Part shown: one piece after another, positions 1 through 13,300 of the stretch | Layout of the letters: every line of letters starts with the position of its first letter | Numbering within the stretch: position 1 is the first letter of the stretch | From: Octopus vulgaris | Taxonomy: Eukaryota | Length of the DNA stretch: 64,000 nucleotides | NCBI GenBank assembly: GCA_951406725.2 | Contig: OX597817.1 | Coordinates: forward strand, 126,976,001 to 127,040,000 | Direction of reading: 5' to 3' | Made by a program: the position numbers and the translations under genes | The notes under the pieces: generated by a model | What the model was told of the DNA's origin: nothing | What the model saw: the letters and a program-made list of their open reading frames with translations, nothing else | Databases searched by the model: none

Positions 1-272
1 GTTTTGTTAACTTTAAGCTTCCATATTAGATTGCTTAAAGGGCTTGATCTTGCATAATTCCTAAGTTTAAATTATGAGGCACGGTTATATTACCGAAACA
101 TGAGACATTATACATTTTGCTATTATGCTTATCGGTATTTGTATGCTCATCATTATTATTAATTACAGCCCTGCTGTTATTTCTACTGACATGACTGTCA
201 CCGGCATATACATACATACTTACACATATATGTATATATATACACATTTATATACACACACATACACACACA

Positions 273-275
<3 letters not shown>

Positions 276-334
<59 letters not shown>

Positions 335-351
335 TACATATATATATATAT
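276..351. repeat. (TA)n microsatellite
   Basis: TA run with one short interruption; source of the YIYIYI ORF 125..370. Confidence 0.95.
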
Positions 352-780
352 ATTAATAATAAAAGGGTAAAATTAATTAATTCAATTAATTAAATTAATC
401 AATCAATTAATTTATAATTTTACCAAGTAGATCGGTACGTTAAAATAACCTTTATAGTTAAAATTATACTAATATTCTATAATTATAAACATAATTATAA
501 TTAGCTGACCCCTAATTATAATTATGTTTATGATAATAGAATATGTATATATATATAATGGAGAAATTGAACAAATTGTATAAATAGATGATGAGTAAAG
601 CACCTGCACAGTTTCGATTACCTGTTGTTATCCGTAGACTTATTGGAGGATCGTAGTGGTGGTTGGGGTAACAGTATTAATAAAATAGGAGATGGAATGT
701 GTAACAAACTTTATCCGTTACAACACATGTTTCGACCCGTTTTGGTTCTCTTCAGGTACATCAATAAAAAGTCTCACTAG
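352..780 (-). mobile_element. Putative Penelope-like/pLTR remnant abutting (TA)n
   Basis: 352-480 (aataaaagggtaaaattaattaatt...ttttaccaagtag) is similar to 39322-39430 of the hammerhead-bearing unit. Includes a hairpin (472-544) and a hammerhead-like motif (719-758). Right boundary approximate. Confidence 0.45.
719..758 (-). ncRNA. Minimal type I hammerhead ribozyme-like motif (weak stems)
   Basis: Minus strand: tac-CTGAAGA-gaacc(aaaac)gggtc-GAAA-c(atgt)GTT-gta. Core intact; stem I only 3 bp; one mismatch in stem II. Confidence 0.5.
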
Positions 781-902
781 AGATTTCTTGAGTTGGCCTT
801 CGTACCGCTATATGTTCATCAAATTCGAGAATGAGTAAAATCAGAGAAAAATTATTGAAACGCAAAAATTTCAAATATGAACGTGGACAGTATGCATTCT
901 AA

Positions 903-1064
903 TTTAGAGAATATGACGTAATCAGATTTCGCTGTTGTAACTATCAGGAGAACGAAAAGCAATTAGAATTTGAAAGGAAATATCATTTTCCTTTCAACTT
1001 CTACTTCCTTTTCTTTCTCTTAACAGTTACAACAGCGAAATCTGATTACGTCATTTTCTCTAAA
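903..1064. repeat. ~160-bp foldback inverted repeat
   Basis: 903-942 matches the reverse complement of 1025-1064 at 39/40; imperfect pairing continues to a short loop near 980-986. Confidence 0.9.
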
Positions 1065-3878
1065 GTCATTGCTGAATTGGTCAATATTGGTTCAACTATA
1101 AACTACATACATAGCTTCTATTATACATGCATCAAAATTGATTTGCTCGTCTATTCTACATCTGTTAGTGAGAAACACATCTTATGAACTGCTATGATAT
1201 GCATGTACCAGTAAAAACGTAGCAACTCTCAGAACTTCACTTTTTAAAAATACATTATATAATTTGCCTTTCCTTTCTTTATGTAGTGATATTTTCGTTT
1301 AAGTATGATAAATGAAGAAAAGAACATCGTCGCCTGATTTATCTTTTTTCCCGTTTTGTAATATATTCGTAGCATCCATATAATACCAAAGTTTTCAGGA
1401 CAAGGAATCTGTTTCTGCAAGATAACAATGGCAAGTGTAGTAATACAGCTCTGTGTGAAGTTGGGATTTCTTTGTCTGTCCAAATGCTATATCGTCACGA
1501 CAAAATTCAGTATTGACTTTTAGATGGATAACTATTCGCTTAACTCGTTCTTTTAACAAATGAGTTCTTTAAAATGATAAAGAATGCCAGCATAGCTGAT
1601 AACTTTATTTCCATTTTTATAATCTCATCAACAAAATGCTATTGAAAATTGGAAACTTGGTATAACTAACCTCCGATGAATTAAAAAGCTGATAAAGTTT
1701 CGGGGACTTCTATTCAAAATTAATGTAGGATTTCAGAGTATTGAATAAAGAGAAGCTGATATCCATTTCATTCATTAAATTATATTCATCGGGGTTTAAA
1801 ATATAAGAGAAACGAAATAAATTAAACCACAAGAAATTCACGTTTTAATATTCCTAAAACTATAATGTTATGCCAAAATGTTATGGAAATTGGTTGCATT
1901 GTGAACAGCATTCTGCAGTGTACGAGATAGACAACAAACCTCTTCGTTGTAACCACGTGGACCATATTTCAGACTTAAATGCACACGATATTTCCAACCT
2001 GCCCCATACGACCACCACTAAAATATAATTTGGAATATCTCTAAAAAAAACTATAGAAAACTTATTTGACGATTTCTAACCCATTAAGCGTTAATCACTA
2101 CATCATCTTAATTCATTTTATTCGTCATAAATTCATTACTGCTTTAGGAGGACAAGTTTTAAAATAATATGGAGAAACATTTCTCTCTCGTTTGTGATTA
2201 TTTTCATTCGAAAATACTCTGTGTAAATCGAAGTCTTTAATTTCTCGATAATATCTAAAAATACTGGCATGCATAATCTACATATTACTGTATCATATAA
2301 ACATTGACATGCAGTTTTACAAACAGAAATTCCCGCATAATGAATGAGGGTGCTACGCAATACTATGGTTGATTGCAAATTTTACTACTATTATTTGATA
2401 TTATTTCTCTGCATCCCTCTTCATACAAATTTTCTTTAACTTAATTTTGGTTAACAGCACACATGTTTTGAACAGTGTGTTTCTGATTACTATGCTAGAT
2501 TTATAACAGATCCTAACTTATTCTATGAGAAATGTCTAAAAACATATTGTTCAGACCGCTTCGTTGTATAAAATATGAATAGTTTTTCAATTGTCCACTA
2601 TAAAATTTAAAATTGCATCTCACCTTATGTATGTAAGTAAGCGACTAGTGTTTTGAAAATAACTGATTTATCTCTAATGAGCACAATATGAAATGCTTAA
2701 ATGACAAAATGAGAATCAAATGTCATAATACTGAGGTCGCACATCCTATATTGCTTGCAAATTGCTTTAGCCTAGAATTTTAAACGTAGTGACGTTTAAA
2801 AGGGGCGAGTGATATTATGGAATCACCTAACAACCATTTTTATGATTTACTTATTGCTTCTGAGAGAGTTGACCAAATCGTAGGGAGATGCTGTAGGTCA
2901 ACCCGAAACAAACGAAGAGCAGTTGCCGAGTTGCCATATTTAAATAGAACCTGGAACCGTGTGGATGAGAAACCTGCTTCTCAATTACACAGCAATATTT
3001 GCACTTGTGTATATTATTCTTATTTAACTTAATTCTAATACATATTTCAGAGAATGCTATGATATATTGCATTACCACTTTCCGAGTGATAATTAAATTC
3101 AGTTTACATTCAGTAATCTATTAGAAGTTACGTAATATTACGTATATGCTGAAATAAATCTCTATGGGCGTTAGTAATATGCATATGTGTGTGAGTGGTT
3201 TGTGCATATACGTATGTAGGTGGATTTTTCATCACCTGACAGAGTGTGCATTTAGATAAAGAAATGTTAGAGTGTACAATTGTAATTGTGAATTCCTGTG
3301 AGAGCGTATATGACAGAACGTACATATAATATATGCGATTCATTATTTGACACACTCATGTAAATGACTTGTAATTACCCGTTGAAATTATAATCATACT
3401 CATTTATCTTCTTGTACTCGTCTACATTAACATAATCATTATTATTATTTAAGATGGCAGAATTCTTAGAATCTCAGACCAAGATTACTTAATGCTCATT
3501 ACATTCTAAGCTCAAATGGTGAGCTGTAAATTTTAATCCCCTACTCAATATGTTCACTTCTTCTGCGTTTAATGTTTTCTTTATTGACTAAACATTTATG
3601 TCTCCAGTTCGGTTAACATGGTGTCTCGTAGTGTCACTGGGTTCGATTTAAAATGTAACAGTTCCTTTTTTCATCTTAGTCAAAAATTGTGTTTATATCT
3701 TTTAATCTGACTACCTTATGCCTTTTCAAGCAACAAAGTTCTCGCGATGACTTAACTCTGTCTATCTATCTATTTATCTATCTAGCTAGCTAGCTATTTA
3801 TCTATCGATCTATCCATCTCTCTAACTATCTAGCTGATTCCCAGATATGTAGATGGATGGCTAGATATATATATATAT

Positions 3879-3879
<1 letters not shown>

Positions 3880-3924
<45 letters not shown>
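3880..3924. repeat. (GATA)n microsatellite
   Basis: Tandem gata units, preceded by degenerate (TCTA)n at ~3760-3830. Confidence 0.9.
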
Positions 3925-5049
3925 GGAGAAGCGGTTACACAGATTACAACCGTTGTTTGTTTACTAATAGGTGTGTGTGTGTGCGCGCGCATGGAAATTA
4001 GTTTGATTGTATTTTTGCACTCTTCTGCAGATGTACCTCTATGTATGATTTTCTCCTGAAAAGTATATTTCAGGTGAGGTTTGAACGTATTAACAATAAA
4101 TCTTGAATGTTCAGTTGCTTTCTGTGAGATGTCTTGTCCTTGTTATGCCTGCATTGAAATTTACTGTGTTTGAATATTACCTCTTGATTTCACTATGATC
4201 CCTGTAGAACTTTTATATCTCTATCTCTTTCAGTTCCCCTAACCTATGTATGTAATTCCTTTGGTTAAAAATTCATTTACATTATTCGCCATATTCTTAT
4301 ATTTTTACGCTATATATTTTTCACTTTATTTTGCTTTCTCTATTTTTGTTCGAAATTTTTTACATTAAGGAAAATAAATTCTTTAAAATGTTATCTTGCA
4401 CATAAACTTATTTGATATGTAGCAACACACCATTACATATACTGACGAAATCAATCTAATTTTATCCAGTTTCAGCGTTGCATTCCTTGCATATGTAAGG
4501 ACGAAATATTTTGTGCGTATATTTAGACATGAGTTGATATACTCATGATATATTCCAGCGATTCATAACACTTAAAAGACCATGCTGAATATTTCCATGG
4601 ACAAGTAAAATGATTTTTATTATAAAAAATTGATCTGATTTACATTTATGTTTTGTCTCCAATGGGATTGATGCAAACCTCGCAGTCAGGTCGTCCACGC
4701 AATTTTATTGTCGGTGTATGACTTGTGGAGTATAAATTAGCTCTGGTGAGTAGATTTTGGTTATTTTTTGATTATTTTGTGTTCTTCGAGTGGTTGATTC
4801 ATTCTTGGGTCTTGTCTCAGTAGTGACACCACAGTAGTAGATAGAACACACTAAGTGGGCACATAGAAATATGTGCAAAATATAATTAACTCGAATTCAA
4901 AGATTTCTCACTGCCTTTGTTCACTCAATGCCGTAGATCAAACACACAAAGAAATCAAAGAAATTATATTCATACAAAAATACAAACCAGGACTAAATAA
5001 ACCTTGACAATGCACGTTTACCAACAACAACTCATACACAACACATTTG

Positions 5050-5560
5050 GCAACTTAATATATTGCATTTACACAATCAACAATCTCAACATTGGGCAGA
5101 AACATAGATTTTCTCAAATGATATTAAGACAACTTTAATGGAAAACAAAATTTCATTCTTACCTTGCAACATAGAAATCTTATCCATTCAGCCACTGGAT
5201 ATACTAAATTTACAAATCTTTGATATTTCTCACTGTCAACAGTTATAGGCAGTGAAACATTTCAACATGGATTACTTTTCTTGTAGGGGAAATAAGTCTC
5301 CAAAAGTATCCCCAAAAGTCTTTATTCAAAGAATATCACACTTGAAACACGAATAGATAAAGGAAATACTCTTACACAAAAATTTTTAAAAATCCTGGCT
5401 GATACAATGTCAACAAGCTACACATGCACTAAACCACGGATAAAAAGAAATATAACAAAATTTTATGATAATATACAAGCAATTCCAATCTATCTACCGC
5501 TTGATAAATGAAGTTCAGAGAAGCTTGGCTCTTTCGAACTGACGCTAGACACGTTCGGCA
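5050..5560 (+). mobile_element. Possible highly decayed Penelope-like RT remnant
   Basis: Short translated patch NDIKTTLMENKISFL resembles the PLE RT motif NIKFTxExExxxxxxFLD; many stops and frameshifts. Confidence 0.25.
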
Positions 5561-5813
5561 TAAAATATATAGTCACTCAGCATTAACGCTATGGTGTTAG
5601 CTGCAGATTTACGAACATTTCTATGCTTGATCACGTGATCATTGTCTGACAATCGAATTTTATCCTAAATGCATATTAATTTGCGCAGCAAAATCTGTGA
5701 AGCCGGCTTCTCCTTTAAATATGTGTGTGTATACGTGCACACACATACATGCACGCACATATGCATGAACACACACTCATCTATGTATATACATATAGAG
5801 ACAGACATATATA

Positions 5814-5814
<1 letters not shown>

Positions 5815-5864
<50 letters not shown>

Positions 5865-5867
5865 GTA

Positions 5868-5931
<64 letters not shown>
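5815..5931. repeat. (TA)n microsatellite
   Basis: Interrupted TA run. Confidence 0.95.
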
Positions 5932-5934
<3 letters not shown>

Positions 5935-5959
5935 TGTGTGCGATTGTGTAAAGAAGAAT

Positions 5960-6812
5960 ATATTAATAAAAGGAATTCCAACCTTGTCTGATTTTCACGT
6001 TTTATGTACAATCTTATAATGATATATTATAAGATAATATATTATAATAGAATAAAATAAAATAGTAGAATGTTAAATGTTCATTCTGTTTGAACTAGTA
6101 CTTTCATGCATTAAATTCTGCAATCTTCGGGTTCATGTAGTAGTGGTGACAGTCATGCTTCACAATTTTTGACTGTAGCAAGATGATTTATTCTGTGCTA
6201 TAAATACAGCTGGGTAGGCTCCAGAGTGCTAGGTTTTGCAAACTGTATTCTGACCAATCAGTGTGTAGTATCACTCAATTACTTAAGCTGATTGGTTGGT
6301 TGAGCTGATTGGTTTAGGCGTCACGCTCTGTTGGACATGTCAAGAGTCCTGTATCTTGACCCTGGCCGAAGCAGTAATTGTTGGGTTATTTTTAGAAATG
6401 TTGTAAATAGCCTTTGTCAGAGATTTTTATATTTTTATATTTCAATTGTCATCATCATCATTGTCAGCACCTTAATTATTGTTGCTAGTGGTGATGGTGG
6501 TGGCAATAGAACTTTTAACCCTAAATAAGATAATTTTCCTGCTATCTTCATCTTGATCACCTTTAGTATTGTTGTTGTTGGTGGTGGTCATGGTCGTAGA
6601 AGTAGAATTAGTACCTCTAAGTATTATTATTATTGCTTATTTAGCTTGGGCTCGAATTTATCAATAAAATTCTTTTCTCTGATTTTCCTCTCGATTTCAC
6701 TTGGGCTGTGTAATTTGTAGAACGAAAATATTATATACATTTCCCGGCCACATGTTGCTAGGTGGTTACTCAAAGGTATCTGACGGACCTCTGGGTCTCT
6801 AATATGTTGCCG
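5960..6812 (-). mobile_element. 5'-truncated Penelope-like retroelement: GIY-YIG endonuclease C-terminus plus 3' UTR/pLTR
   Basis: ORF 6630..6863(-) contains RQHIRDPEVRQIPLSNHLATCG...FSFYKL...ERKIREKNFIDKFEPKLN*, typical of the C-terminal half of PLE GIY-YIG domains. A hammerhead relic follows downstream (6091-6135); (TA)n lies on both sides. Confidence 0.75.
6091..6135 (-). ncRNA. Degenerate minimal type I hammerhead ribozyme in PLE 3' region
   Basis: Minus strand: tgaac-CCGAAGA-ttgca(gaatttaa)tgcat-GAAA-gtacTA-gttca. 5-bp stem I, palindromic stem III (AGTACT), U4->C core change. Confidence 0.65.
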
Positions 6813-6860
6813 GGTTTCTGACAGGACCGTATGAGAGTATATGGCAATGAGAGTATATGG

Positions 6861-6902
<42 letters not shown>

Positions 6903-9041
6903 CAGGGTAGTTCGGCAGTCAGTAAATGTACCAGTAATATATTAGGTTTAGCTAGTCGCGCATTGCATATTTCTGAAAAAAAGATAAATATTTCATACTA
7001 CTAGTAAATTTTGTCAAACAGCCATTTTATTCACTACTAAGTCATTAAGTGTACTAAAACAATGCATAAATTGGCTTCAACTGTTGGCGTTCAATACACT
7101 TAACATAAATTTCAAAAACTGATCATTGTAATAGCTTTTGGACGTCATTGTAACAGCTCTCAGCAATTATCGTTCTTTTTTTTATTTCTCCTGATTGAAA
7201 TTTGTTAAAAACAATTAAATACTGGGACCCTGAACTTAGCCGGCTATTCGCACTTAAATGTTTCATTATTCTTCGTCGTAGCCTATATAGTAAGTGTATT
7301 GGTCATTCGATTTTTAAGTATAGCATGAAAGCATAATGTCAGCTTCAAACGCTTCATTTCCTCAGAGATACATCGCTGTAAATTATGCAGCAACTAACCA
7401 TTACCATATATCGAAAGAGGAATAAAAAATTTGGAAAGAAGGAACATACTGACATTAACTTCTAAATCGAATCTATTTAAAGGAATGATTGAAAATAATA
7501 CTAGCTGTTCATATGTCATTATTAGCAAATTTGTAAAACAGATGGTACACATGAAACGAAATTCTGTAACAAGTATTTCGACCCGTTAAATGAAGTTCCT
7601 GATCTGATCAACCTCATTCATTAATGGGACGGAGTCTATTTTCTAACTCAGCAAAACATCGGCGATGTAAATTTTTAATGTAGAAAGAGTCGGAGATAAA
7701 TGCAATAGTATTAACTGCTATCATGTAATAAATTCCAATATCATTATTCGGTTATATCATTCCATCTTGTTTACTAATCAAAGATGTATCATATTGGTTT
7801 CAGGTTTTGGCACAAGGTCAGCATTTTCATGGAAACGGTAAATCGATTGCATCAAATCCTATGCTCAGCTGGTACCTATTTTATCATATTATTATTTCGT
7901 AATATTTGCATCTGCAATATGATTGTTCATTATTTCCCTAAATCTCAGGTCATTGCCATATACTCTCATACGGTCCTGTCAGAAACCCGTCAATAGCCAG
8001 ACATATGCACGCACAAGTATAAATATAGACATATTAACTCGTGTAAATATATACAAAGTCATATAATTTCGCTACGTTGTGCTTCTTGAGGAAAAGTTTA
8101 TATACCTCTACGGTTCGAAAATACGTTGTGAATCCAATAAAATCAAGTAGCAAATATTTTATCTTTCATTTTGCGCATATAAAACTGTTACGGTCTACAA
8201 GCAGATTATCTCCTACTTCGTTCTTTGAGAGATATCTGTCAAACTAAGGCTGGTAGTAGTTTCGTTAATATTTGCATATTCTGATACATACTATTCACAA
8301 CTGATTCGTATGGATTTAGTTAGTGGTAAAAAATATTTCTTCCTGAAGCATCAAGATTATTCTCAACTGAATGTTAAACTCTGGCACATTTATATAGAGG
8401 AATATCATCGTAAACACTTTAACTCACGCACTCTCCTTCTTGCCATATATACATATATTCATCTATGTGTACGCGTACGCTAGGTTTTACTTACGAGCAC
8501 ACACACATATACTTATATATATATATATATATATATAGGTATTATGTATGTATGTATGTATGATTGTTTGTGTACGTGTATGTGTGAATGTGTGTGTTTG
8601 TCTTTATAAATATATAACATACATAGCGATGCACATAAACAAATACGCATACTATTTAGACATTTGCACCTAAATCAAGTAGGACAAACGTATTAATTGA
8701 TTGATAGATTTCTTGTGAATGTATAATTATACAGAAGCCTTGAATTTCTTTATTTCCATGCTTTTATACCACATATTTTAAGTAGAAACCATTAACTTAA
8801 TTTTTCTGTCTTTCTCTTGGGCATTTAAATATGCATGATTGGAAAATGCCCGAAAGCGAATGTAACCGGAATGATTCTGCATAGACAGGGAATACTTCAC
8901 CATTGAAAATACCTATGGCCTAACTGAGATAGCTCCCTGGGGTAGTTAACTGAATCTTAAAATATATTAACAATAATGCATATGGTGTATATTCCTACGA
9001 ATGCTTGACTTATATTCTTCATGAAAATATTTAACATATTT

Positions 9042-9206
9042 AAGGCTGGATCTGGCAGAATAGTTAGCACGCTAGTGAAAATGTTTAGCGGCATTTTATC
9101 TGTCCTCACATTTTGAGTTTAAATTTCGCTGAGGTCGACTTTACCTTTCATCATTTCGGGTCAATAAATAAGTATCAGTTGAGCACTGGTGTCGATCTAA
9201 TCGCCC
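9042..9206 (+). mobile_element. tRNA-derived SINE (family A)
   Basis: A-box-like ctggcagaatagttag, B-box-like gagtttaaatttc, then gaggtcgactttacctttcatc...aataaataagta. Homologous to copies at ~32.0, 36.0, 43.7, 51.2 and 62.4 kb. Confidence 0.8.
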
Positions 9207-10332
9207 ACCACTCAGCTAGTATTTATTATATTTAATGTAATATTCCTTTGTTTATTAAGATTATTCACTGTGATTTACATATATAATTCGGCTTTTATTA
9301 GGTTTAAAGAAATATTTGTCATGTGGTAATATGTACAAGATATCATTTCTCATTAGCATTGATTTATACAATCGAAACATAATCAAAATTGAGCTCAAAT
9401 GTCGTTCTATTTTTGCAATATATACACAGGTTTTAGAAACAAAATAATATTTTTATGAATTTCTCTCTACCTCTCTTTTGCATTAATACATCTTGTTACT
9501 CGTGCATTCTGCTGTCAACAACACGCTACCTTATTAGTATAAGTTTAATAAAACAGTTACAGGAATTTTGAATCTGTTTTCAAGGCATGAACAGAAGCCC
9601 AATGATCCATTACTTTTTTACCGATCCTTGACTTGCCTAAAATCACGAATTTATTAGGAAATTTAAGCATTGAGATAAGGAAAAGAAAAACAGAAAGGTG
9701 TATCCATTACGCGGAGTAAATCTGGAACAGTATAATTATTTTATAATTTGAGGAATTATCAACTATATGATGGACTTTATTGGATCTGAGACAGATCAAA
9801 CACATTCCTCTGTACATCAATGCTTTTATACACTCCCTAATAACCTTCAGTATTTCACTGGATCTCCACGAAAGATTCGTTTTTGGTATTATGTGCGATT
9901 AGTAAATTAGATGAAGTTGTCATGTTTGTGAATTTTTCTTACTAAATAGATTGAACTTACAAAATATAAATTTACAACTAGAAAAATGGTATTTTGTAGA
10001 AGAAAACTATAAAAAGTTTCATGCCTGTAACGAAGATGGGATGTTGATTCCAATATTAGACAATCGATGTCGAATAGCATAGGGAAAGAGGGAAGGGAAG
10101 GATGATAACATACTTCCTTTTGAATAATTTCTAAACGTGATGGAGTTCCATATAATCTTGATACATTATAAACTATTAGTATCGTAATATCTAACAATAG
10201 ATTCACCAAAATTACAGGTAATTATCAATGAAATGCAAAGAAAAGACATCATAGTGTCAAAGTTGATGATAATCATGAAGCTGATGAGGATAACGACAAT
10301 GGTGCTGTTGACGACGACGACGACGGCGGCGC

Positions 10333-10363
<31 letters not shown>

Positions 10364-12097
10364 GAAGAGATTATTTGTTTCAGTAGCATTAGCACCATGA
10401 GATATCAAAATCTCTGATAAATCTGTATTATAGATCTCAATCTCAGCCTAACTAGATATTGCAGCAACTCCCAAATAATAAAAAAAGTATATTAGATCCA
10501 GCGTCATTGTGGTTTATAGATTGCAAATCCATAGTCGTTGTGGAATAACTATCAATATTTTCCAGGTTATGTCATATCTGAAGGAAATTGCTTTAAATAA
10601 CAGTTTCTGTGAAAATCTCTTTGACATAACTGGCAATGCCTTGCAGTTTAATAGCATAGTTATTATTCAAGTTATTTTCAATAGAATATGACAAGAGCAT
10701 ATTATAAATGTCAGTAGTTGATAGCGGGAGGTTGCATGTAAGGAATTTTGTCTTTCCTTTCTATTGGAATGCCGAAACATTTCTGAATGGTGGTACAGTG
10801 AAATAAATAGTTTTTATTGATTTCAATACTGACATACTTGAAATGACATTTGCTTCTACGGCTCCTTTTAAAATGCCAAAGGTATTTTTAAAGTTATTTT
10901 TTTCAGCAGGGTGCGCAATTATTTATTCATATGCATTACATATTCCTATACATGTAGTTTCTTATGTGTGTATATGTATCGATATACCATGAACATAAAT
11001 TTCTTAATATCTAAAGACTTATAGAAAAGAAAATATCGTTTTAGTGGACAATTGACCAGTGTTAATGACTTATTAAAATATGTAGATCTACGTTCAATGC
11101 CCGGACTTTCGATTCATAAATAATTTAATCCTCTGTACCCTTATCTTAAAATGTTTTAGAGTTGCAGTTGAACAAGTTTCGAATGACAAGCTGCGACTCG
11201 ATAATGATGCCAGCGAACTACGATATCGTTTCAGAATTTGAGTTTACAAAATCAAGATAGCAATCAATATATAAGTGAATAATGCCTCATTAACAATAGT
11301 ATGCCTCATTGTGGCATATATTCACAAACTATGGAAAAGCAATTAAAATGCAAACTATACAGGACACATACTCTGGTTTTGATATTGCAATGTGTAACCA
11401 AGAGACATATTGTCCTTAACCAAGCAAGTATGTTAAAACAGAACGGACAAATTTTGATAGGGAGCATGTTAGAGAGAAAGAAATAAAAACAAACTTTTAA
11501 AACAGTTCGTTGTCTATAAAACAAAATCCATAGCTCAACCTACAATTCTAGCATATTTCAAATTTATTTCTCTAATTCTACTTTTTATTTCAATGCTATA
11601 GAGCATTAGGAATCCTATAATCCACAAATTTAGATGTAGAAAAAATTTCCAATGTAACAAGACATCGAAATTCTAAAACCAAATTACAGGCTAACTCCTG
11701 AAAAGGAATTTATACAAATGGTCTAAGATATGCAGAAAAAGATAATGGCATTTTTTACAGAATTTATACAAGTAGATCTAGATTTGCTGAAGATGATAAT
11801 CGGATCAGTTATTTACGGATGACGTAAGTCTGAAAAAAACAGCAAGTATCTAGGAATGATTAAGGAAGTTATTGTAAATATACATACTACAGCAAAGGAG
11901 AAAACTAAAACTAGTTTAAATACTCCACACAGTATCAAATGTGTTAGTTGTATAATTCGAGTGCTAAATCTGGGCATATTTCGGTGACCACCGTCGTCCT
12001 CGTCACGGTTAATGACAAAATTTGAATGAGGTATATCTGCAGTCTTTTCATATCGTGTGCATATGTACATACGTACATGTTTACATGCATGCATACA

Positions 12098-12156
12098 TGC
12101 ATACATACATACATACATACATACATACATACATACATACATACATACATACATAC
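12098..12156. repeat. (TACA)n microsatellite
   Basis: Tandem taca; source of the MYVCMYVC ORFs. Confidence 0.95.
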
Positions 12157-12169
12157 GTACATAATTCTA

Positions 12170-12740
12170 GTAAATGTTCAATCCACTGGTGTATGAAGGC
12201 CTCATAATATTCTCACCAACTGCCACTGCCTGATGTTTGCGTTATCCATCTTTGGGCATCGAAGCATTCAAACATACATATCTTACCAAAGATCATTTCG
12301 GGCTTTTTATATTTTCCAGATAATATCCGTTAAACTTGTTGCCACGCTTATTCTGTTGTTTCTTCACTCATCCGTTTTTTGGTAAGGTTCAGCATTCTGT
12401 TTTCTATTATTCTTTGTGCTCTCCTAAACATGTTTTCAATGCTCTTGTTGATAGCCTGTGTTTCTGATGCATACATAATGGTAAGCAACTCACACTGGCT
12501 GAAAACCTTTCTTTTCAGATACGAATAAGGCACTGCGCATGATGTGATTCTATTTACAGTAGGATACCCATCCTAATTGTAATCATCGTTAAACTTCTGT
12601 GGTCTGAATTTTATCTTTTAAACATATTAGTTACCAAATATCGGTGTATTGCTTTACACGTTACACTATTTCATCATCTATTTCAATATTTAAAGATGTG
12701 GTTAGATGCTGAGAGATTATCTTTGCATTATTAATGTTAA
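12170..12740 (-). mobile_element. Decayed RTE-clade LINE 3' fragment
   Basis: ORF 12348..12533(-) LKRKVFSQCELLTIMYASETQA...RRAQRIIENRML matches the RTE post-RT motif LKRKVFxQCILPxxxYxSETW...AQRxMERxML. Boundaries approximate. Confidence 0.7.
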
Positions 12741-12949
12741 TTCTGAAAGAAAGAAAAACAATGACGTACAGAGGCAAATCATTGCACGGAAATCCACAAC
12801 TCATGAGTGTAGATTATGTCAAATTTTCAATAGTGCGATGATAAATTGACCTCGAAATTGCTTGGTAATTATCAACATATATGTACATGTATACATACAT
12901 TCATTCATACATGTATACATATATTCATTCAGCCATACATAAATATATT

Positions 12950-13150
12950 CTTTTATTGTTTTATTTCAGTCCTTTCATAGTGGCCATGCTGGAGCAACAC
13001 CTTTAGTCGAACAAATCGACCCCAAGACTTATTCTTAGTAAAGATTGGTACTAATTCTTTCGATCGTTTTTGCTGAACCACTAAGTTACGCGGACGTAAA
13101 CACACCAACATCGATTGTCAAGCGATGGTGGCGGGACTAACAAAGACACA
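12950..13150 (-). mobile_element. SINE body/tail (family C)
   Basis: Segment gctgaaccactaagttacgcggacgtaaacacacc...tgtcaagc is the reverse complement of the related 47715-47824; ends in (CA)n. Confidence 0.65.
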
Positions 13151-13234
13151 ATCACACGCACACACACACACAAACATATATATGCATTCATTCGCAAATA
13201 CATGCGTTCATTCACAAACGCTTGTATTTATGGT

Positions 13235-13300
13235 CTATATAAAAACAGCGAATCATCAACGAACAAGTTTTGCTTCAAAATAGGAACGATACTTTCAATG
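13235..13300 (+). mobile_element. Mariner transposase N-terminal relic
   Basis: Frameshifted KQRII.../KFCFKIG resembles the mariner start EQRxxIKFCFKLG. Confidence 0.35.

Noticed and set aside
68-108. ttatga-gg...acc-gaaa-catg hammerhead-like string (a similar one at ~27662-27692 minus)
   Set aside because: Several core mismatches and no stem I; not distinguishable from chance in AT-rich DNA.
2817-3032. ORF in non-repetitive sequence; a minus frame reads FKYGNSATALRLFR
   Set aside because: Only a faint resemblance to a Tc1-type N-terminal HTH; too short to call.
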